A DNA stretch of 42,747 bases from an uncultured Gammaproteobacteria bacterium (lineage in GTDB: Bacteria; Patescibacteriota; Microgenomatia; UBA1406; GWC2-37-13): assembly GCA_964458735.1 (NCBI GenBank), contig CAYWJV010000002.1, forward strand, positions 1-42,747. Direction: 5' to 3'. The notes under the pieces are model-generated. The model was not told the origin of the DNA. It made no database searches and worked only from the letters and a program-made list of their open reading frames with translations. Shown one piece after another: positions 38,562-42,747 of this stretch (the first letter of the stretch is position 1; each line of letters opens with the position of its first letter). The translations under genes were made by a program, and so were the position numbers.

Positions 38562-39416
38562 ATGACAAATATGAAGAGTAAACTATCGTTGCTTTTAATA
38601 TTAATTTTGCTTTTTGCTGTTTTTGTAGGGGTGCGGTTTTTTATTTTTGATAAGCAAAATGAGTACGGAAAATTAAAAATCATTTCTTCACCCACAGCCA
38701 GCGTTTTTTTGAACAGTACTTTAATCGGAAAAACTCCATATGAGGATAAGTATAAAGTCGGTGAATATTTGCTAAAGTTAATTCCGGAAACAACGGCGAC
38801 TGATACAGCCTCTTGGAATGGTAAGATAAATATTTACAAAAATTCTTTAACATACGTTAATCGGGAGCTGGGCTCATCGGACATTGCTTCGGCTGGTGAA
38901 ATCTTTACGACGGCAAAAATGACTAAAAAATCACAAAATGCCGGATCAGGAGAGATTTACGTAGAGACAGAACCTCAGGGTGCAATTATTACTTTAGACA
39001 ATGATGAAAAAGGAGTGGCGCCGGTAATCATGGAAAATGTCCTGAGAGGTGATCATGAATTGTCAATATTTATGCCGGGATTTTTTAGAAGAACACAAAA
39101 AGTCAATGTTGGTCCAGGCTATCGGGTTAATGCGGCTTTTAAATTAGCTATTGATCAAAGTTCCTCCACCGCTAAAGTTACGGAGGATAAACAGGCAACC
39201 GGTAGCGCAAAAACGACCAAAACAAAAATTACCATAAAGGATACGCCGACCGGCTGGCTTAGGGTTCGGGAGGAACCAACATTGAACGCTTCCGAATCAG
39301 GCAAAGTTAACCCGGGCGAATCCTTTGATCTAATAGACGAGCAAGACGGTTGGTATAAAATCAAGATTGACGGGAAAAAAGGCTGGGTATCTTCGCAGTA
39401 TTCTTCTAAAGAGTAG
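38562..39416 (+). CDS. PEGA- and SH3b-domain exported protein
   Basis: N-terminal TM, two PEGA repeats (GKTP, GVAP), LRVREEP...GWYKI..GWVS. Confidence 0.88.
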   Translation: MTNMKSKLSLLLILILLFAVFVGVRFFIFDKQNEYGKLKIISSPTASVFLNSTLIGKTPYEDKYKVGEYLLKLIPETTATDTASWNGKINIYKNSLTYVNRELGSSDIASAGEIFTTAKMTKKSQNAGSGEIYVETEPQGAIITLDNDEKGVAPVIMENVLRGDHELSIFMPGFFRRTQKVNVGPGYRVNAAFKLAIDQSSSTAKVTEDKQATGSAKTTKTKITIKDTPTGWLRVREEPTLNASESGKVNPGESFDLIDEQDGWYKIKIDGKKGWVSSQYSSKE

Positions 39417-39422
39417 AAATGA

Positions 39423-40529
39423 TTATTTATTTTTCCAAACAACTTTGTTATAAAGAATGTAAGAATAAGGAATAACAACGAAAAAAATAATAAGGACCTT
39501 ATATAAATACCAAAGTCTTCTTCCAAATATTACCACTAATATCTGCATACCGATAGTTTGGATGGCAACAGATCCAGAGGAAACGAGATTAAATTTAAAG
39601 AAACTAAAAATAAAATTTATGGCGTCACCCTCAATTTTTTTGTGAGAAAAACTCCAAGAATTATTCATTATGAAATTACTAGCGATTGCTGTCTCAGTAC
39701 TTAATAAAGTAGTGAGCCATACAACTTGGTGGATTTTTTCAATCATAAAATAAGAAATACCAAAATCAATTGCAAATCCAATCAAACCGACGATTACAAA
39801 CTTAATAAATGATGAATTATTAAAAACATACATGAATGTTTGAAAACTATATTGAAAAGCATTTATTTTCGAAATACCAGAGGTTCTTTCTCTAAAATGA
39901 ATAGGTATTTCATCAAGCACAGCATTATTTTTTATCGCAAAATCCAAAAAAGCGACTTGAAATACATATCCAGAATAATTTTTTAAATGATCATAAGCGT
40001 TTTTTACAAGCCAAAATTTAATTGCTCGATAACCGTTAGTCCATTCAGTCACTTTTAATTTCATGAATCCAAATTTAACAATTGAATTAGCGCCGATTGA
40101 TAATATTTTTCTATGCAGACCCCAGTTTTTAGGAATGGAACCACCCTTAGAATACCTGGTACCAACAACAAAATCAGCTCCCTGTTCAATTTTTTTAATA
40201 AATTCTGGTATTTTATCAGGATCATGTTGACCGTCAGCGTCAATTTGAATAATTAAATAAGGGTTGATTTTTTCTTCACAATATTTAAAACCTTTTAGAT
40301 ATGCTTTGCCTAGTCCTTCCTTTTCTGTTTCAAGCAAATGAAGATATGAGGTTTTTTTTTGTAGTTTCTTAACAATTTCGATAGTTCCATCTTCTGAATT
40401 ACTATCAACTATCAATAAATAAATTTCCCAATTTGATAATTTTTTTGATTGATCAAAAACCCTATTGATCAAGTTTTCGATTTCACCCTTTTCATTGTAT
40501 GTTGGAGCAATAACAACAACTTTTTTCAT
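39423..40529 (-). CDS. GT2 polyprenol-phosphate glycosyltransferase fused to a GtrA-like domain
   Basis: PTYNE, VDSNSEDGT, DADGQH, GTRY; C-terminal four-TM segment (FIKFVIVG...NFIMN..WSF). Confidence 0.9.
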   Translation of the reverse strand: MKKVVVIAPTYNEKGEIENLINRVFDQSKKLSNWEIYLLIVDSNSEDGTIEIVKKLQKKTSYLHLLETEKEGLGKAYLKGFKYCEEKINPYLIIQIDADGQHDPDKIPEFIKKIEQGADFVVGTRYSKGGSIPKNWGLHRKILSIGANSIVKFGFMKLKVTEWTNGYRAIKFWLVKNAYDHLKNYSGYVFQVAFLDFAIKNNAVLDEIPIHFRERTSGISKINAFQYSFQTFMYVFNNSSFIKFVIVGLIGFAIDFGISYFMIEKIHQVVWLTTLLSTETAIASNFIMNNSWSFSHKKIEGDAINFIFSFFKFNLVSSGSVAIQTIGMQILVVIFGRRLWYLYKVLIIFFVVIPYSYILYNKVVWKNK

Positions 40530-41473
40530 ACGCTTCTAAAATATTGAATTGTTTTCTTTAACCCTTCCTCTAAGCTAACTTTTGGCTGCCAATTTAATAG
40601 TTTTTTCGCTTTGGCAATGTCAGGACAACGTCTTTTTGGATCATCTTGACCAATGGTTTTATAAATAATCTCTGATTGAGATTGAGTTAATTTTTTTATT
40701 ATATCAGCAATTTCTAAAATAGTTTTTTCATTTTGATTGCCAATATTAATAATTTCTCCGGCGAGCTTTGGAGTAATAGCTAAAAAATAAAGACCTTCAA
40801 CCATATCAGAGACATAACAAAAAGAGCGAGTTTGTTCTCCCAGACCATAAATTGTCATGGGTCTATTAACAAGTGCTTGATTGATAAAGTTGGAAATGAC
40901 CCTCCCATCATCTTTTTTCATGAATGGTCCATAAGTATTAAAGATGCGGGCAATCCTAACATCTTTTTTATATTTTCTAAAATAAGCCATCATTAGAGCT
41001 TCGGCAAATCTTTTTCCCTCATCATAACAAGAACGAATGCCGACCGGATTGACATGACCAAAATAACTTTCTTTTTGTGGATGCTCTTCGGGGTCACCAT
41101 AGACTTCGGAGGTTGAGGAAAAGACTAAAGTTCTACTATTACTTTTTATAAAAAAATCTAAGATATTAATTAAACCGAGACTGTTAGTCTTGAGGATTTC
41201 TATTGATAATTGTTGAAAATCTTTGGGAGAAGCAGGAGAAGCAAGATCGTAAATAATATCAAAACTTGGCAAGTCAGAAAAATTAAAATTTGTAATATCA
41301 GCCTTAATTATTTTTAGATGACCATTATTTAAACCCTCCGATTCGGAGGGTAAATTTTTTTTATTTCCGGTGATAAAATTATCAATGACAGTAATGTCAT
41401 CATTTTTAGCAAGATGAAATTTAGTTAGGTGAGAGCCAATAAATCCGGCTCCACCAGCAATTAGTATTTTCAT
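40526..41473 (-). CDS. UDP-glucuronate decarboxylase (UDP-xylose synthase family SDR)
   Basis: GGAGFIGSH, LASPASP, STSEVYGDP, RSCYDEGKR, DDPKRRCPDI. Confidence 0.93.
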   Translation of the reverse strand: MKILIAGGAGFIGSHLTKFHLAKNDDITVIDNFITGNKKNLPSESEGLNNGHLKIIKADITNFNFSDLPSFDIIYDLASPASPKDFQQLSIEILKTNSLGLINILDFFIKSNSRTLVFSSTSEVYGDPEEHPQKESYFGHVNPVGIRSCYDEGKRFAEALMMAYFRKYKKDVRIARIFNTYGPFMKKDDGRVISNFINQALVNRPMTIYGLGEQTRSFCYVSDMVEGLYFLAITPKLAGEIINIGNQNEKTILEIADIIKKLTQSQSEIIYKTIGQDDPKRRCPDIAKAKKLLNWQPKVSLEEGLKKTIQYFRSV

Positions 41474-42747
41474 GTGGGTCTTCCTATCGAATAATATTTA
41501 AAACCCAATTTTTTTAAATCAGATAGGTCATAAATATTTCTTCCGTCAAAAATTGTCGGATTAGACATTAGTTTTTTAACTTTGCTTAGATCAATCTGTC
41601 TAAATTCATTCCATTCAGTGACGATTATCAAAGCATCCACTTTGTTTACGACCTGATACGGATCTTTGCTATATGTAATTTTATTAGCAAATATTTTTTT
41701 AATATTATCAGTCGCTTCTTGATCATATACATTTAATTGAAAACCATGTTTTAATAAATTTTCAATTATAAAAACTGAAGGGGCAAATCTTATATCGTCG
41801 GTGTTAGGTTTAAAACTTAACCCCCATATAGCGACTTTTTTACCCGGAGAATGAGTAGTAATTTTATGTAAGAAATTTTCCTGAGCTTTTATATTTATAT
41901 TTTCAATTGCGGTAAGTAGTTGAGTATCAATTGACAATCTTTTTCCAATATCCAAAAATGCTTTCACATCTTTTGGCAGACATGATCCGCCATATCCAAG
42001 ACCGGGATTTAAAAATTGTTTGCCGATTCGCGCGTCAATCCCGACTCCGGTGAGTACTTCACCTACATTTGCACCTGTCTTTTCACAGTAAAAAGAAATC
42101 AGATTGGCAAAAGATATTTTATTGGCCAAAAAAACGTTTGAAGCATACTTAATCATCTCGGCTGACGCAAGGTTGGTAATAACTCTTTTTCCATTGATTG
42201 GTTTATGAAGGATAATTAATTTTTCAATGGCTTGTTTATTGTCTGAGCCAATAACAACGCGGTCAGCATTGATGGTGTCGGAAATTCCTGTCCCTTCCCT
42301 TAAAAATTCGGGGCAAGAGGCAACAGCGAAGTCAACTTGTTTTGACTTATGTTTACTTATTATCACTTCTAATTTACGGTTGGTACCGACTGGCACTGTA
42401 CTTTTACACGACACTACAGTAAGTTTATTTTTAAGATTTTTACCTATATTTCTGGCAACTTCAATAACCGCGGTTAAATCAGCTTCGCCGGTTTCTTTTG
42501 GAGGAGTACCGACAGTAATAAAAACTATATCTGATTCTGGGATAGCTTTTTCATATTTTAAGGTAAAGGAAATTCTTTTAGCCTGAATATTTTTTTGTAA
42601 TAGTTCTTTCAAGGCCGGCTCATAAATTATTGGATCACCATTTTTTAAACGGACAATTTTTTCTTTAGTGTGGCCAATTACCCAAACATGATTGCCAAAA
42701 TCAGCAAAAACACAAGCCGTCACTAAGCCGACGTATCCATGACCAAC
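41470..42747 (-). CDS. ugd: UDP-glucose 6-dehydrogenase (5' end beyond the window)
   Basis: VGHGYVGL at the window edge, KSTVPVGT, PEFLREG, GYGGSCLPKD, FKPNTDD. Confidence 0.93.
   Translation of the reverse strand, partial: VGHGYVGLVTACVFADFGNHVWVIGHTKEKIVRLKNGDPIIYEPALKELLQKNIQAKRISFTLKYEKAIPESDIVFITVGTPPKETGEADLTAVIEVARNIGKNLKNKLTVVSCKSTVPVGTNRKLEVIISKHKSKQVDFAVASCPEFLREGTGISDTINADRVVIGSDNKQAIEKLIILHKPINGKRVITNLASAEMIKYASNVFLANKISFANLISFYCEKTGANVGEVLTGVGIDARIGKQFLNPGLGYGGSCLPKDVKAFLDIGKRLSIDTQLLTAIENINIKAQENFLHKITTHSPGKKVAIWGLSFKPNTDDIRFAPSVFIIENLLKHGFQLNVYDQEATDNIKKIFANKITYSKDPYQVVNKVDALIIVTEWNEFRQIDLSKVKKLMSNPTIFDGRNIYDLSDLKKLGFKYYSIGRPT

Overview
AT-rich bacterial chromosomal window with dense genes. 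Compact housekeeping genes (short IF-2, HrcA and DnaJ), DUF4012/DUF3048-type envelope proteins and a GGGGGTGA-type SD suggest a CPR/Patescibacteria (Microgenomates-like) genome; this assignment is inference. Order of content: DUF5678-like/aspartyl-protease pair; recJ-rmuC-DHH-infB-nusA-rplY; envelope genes and secDF; a very AT-rich cassette with a LexA::N4-cytosine-methyltransferase fusion plus a BglI-like endonuclease; a Zn-ribbon repeat protein; a Phd/RelE TA pair; cca and nfo; a CIRCE-controlled hrcA-grpE-dnaK-dnaJ-epmA-efp run; radA and argS; an arginine operon (argG-GNAT-argH-M20-argF pseudogene); and the end of a nucleotide-sugar operon. Highlights: (1) a restriction-modification system whose methylase is fused to an intact LexA; (2) an unannotated 24-aa Arg-Arg leader peptide with an apparent two-terminator relay attenuator upstream of argG; (3) REP-like palindromes and heptamer repeats sitting in-frame in housekeeping proteins. 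No rRNA, tRNA, CRISPR array or transposase was recognised.
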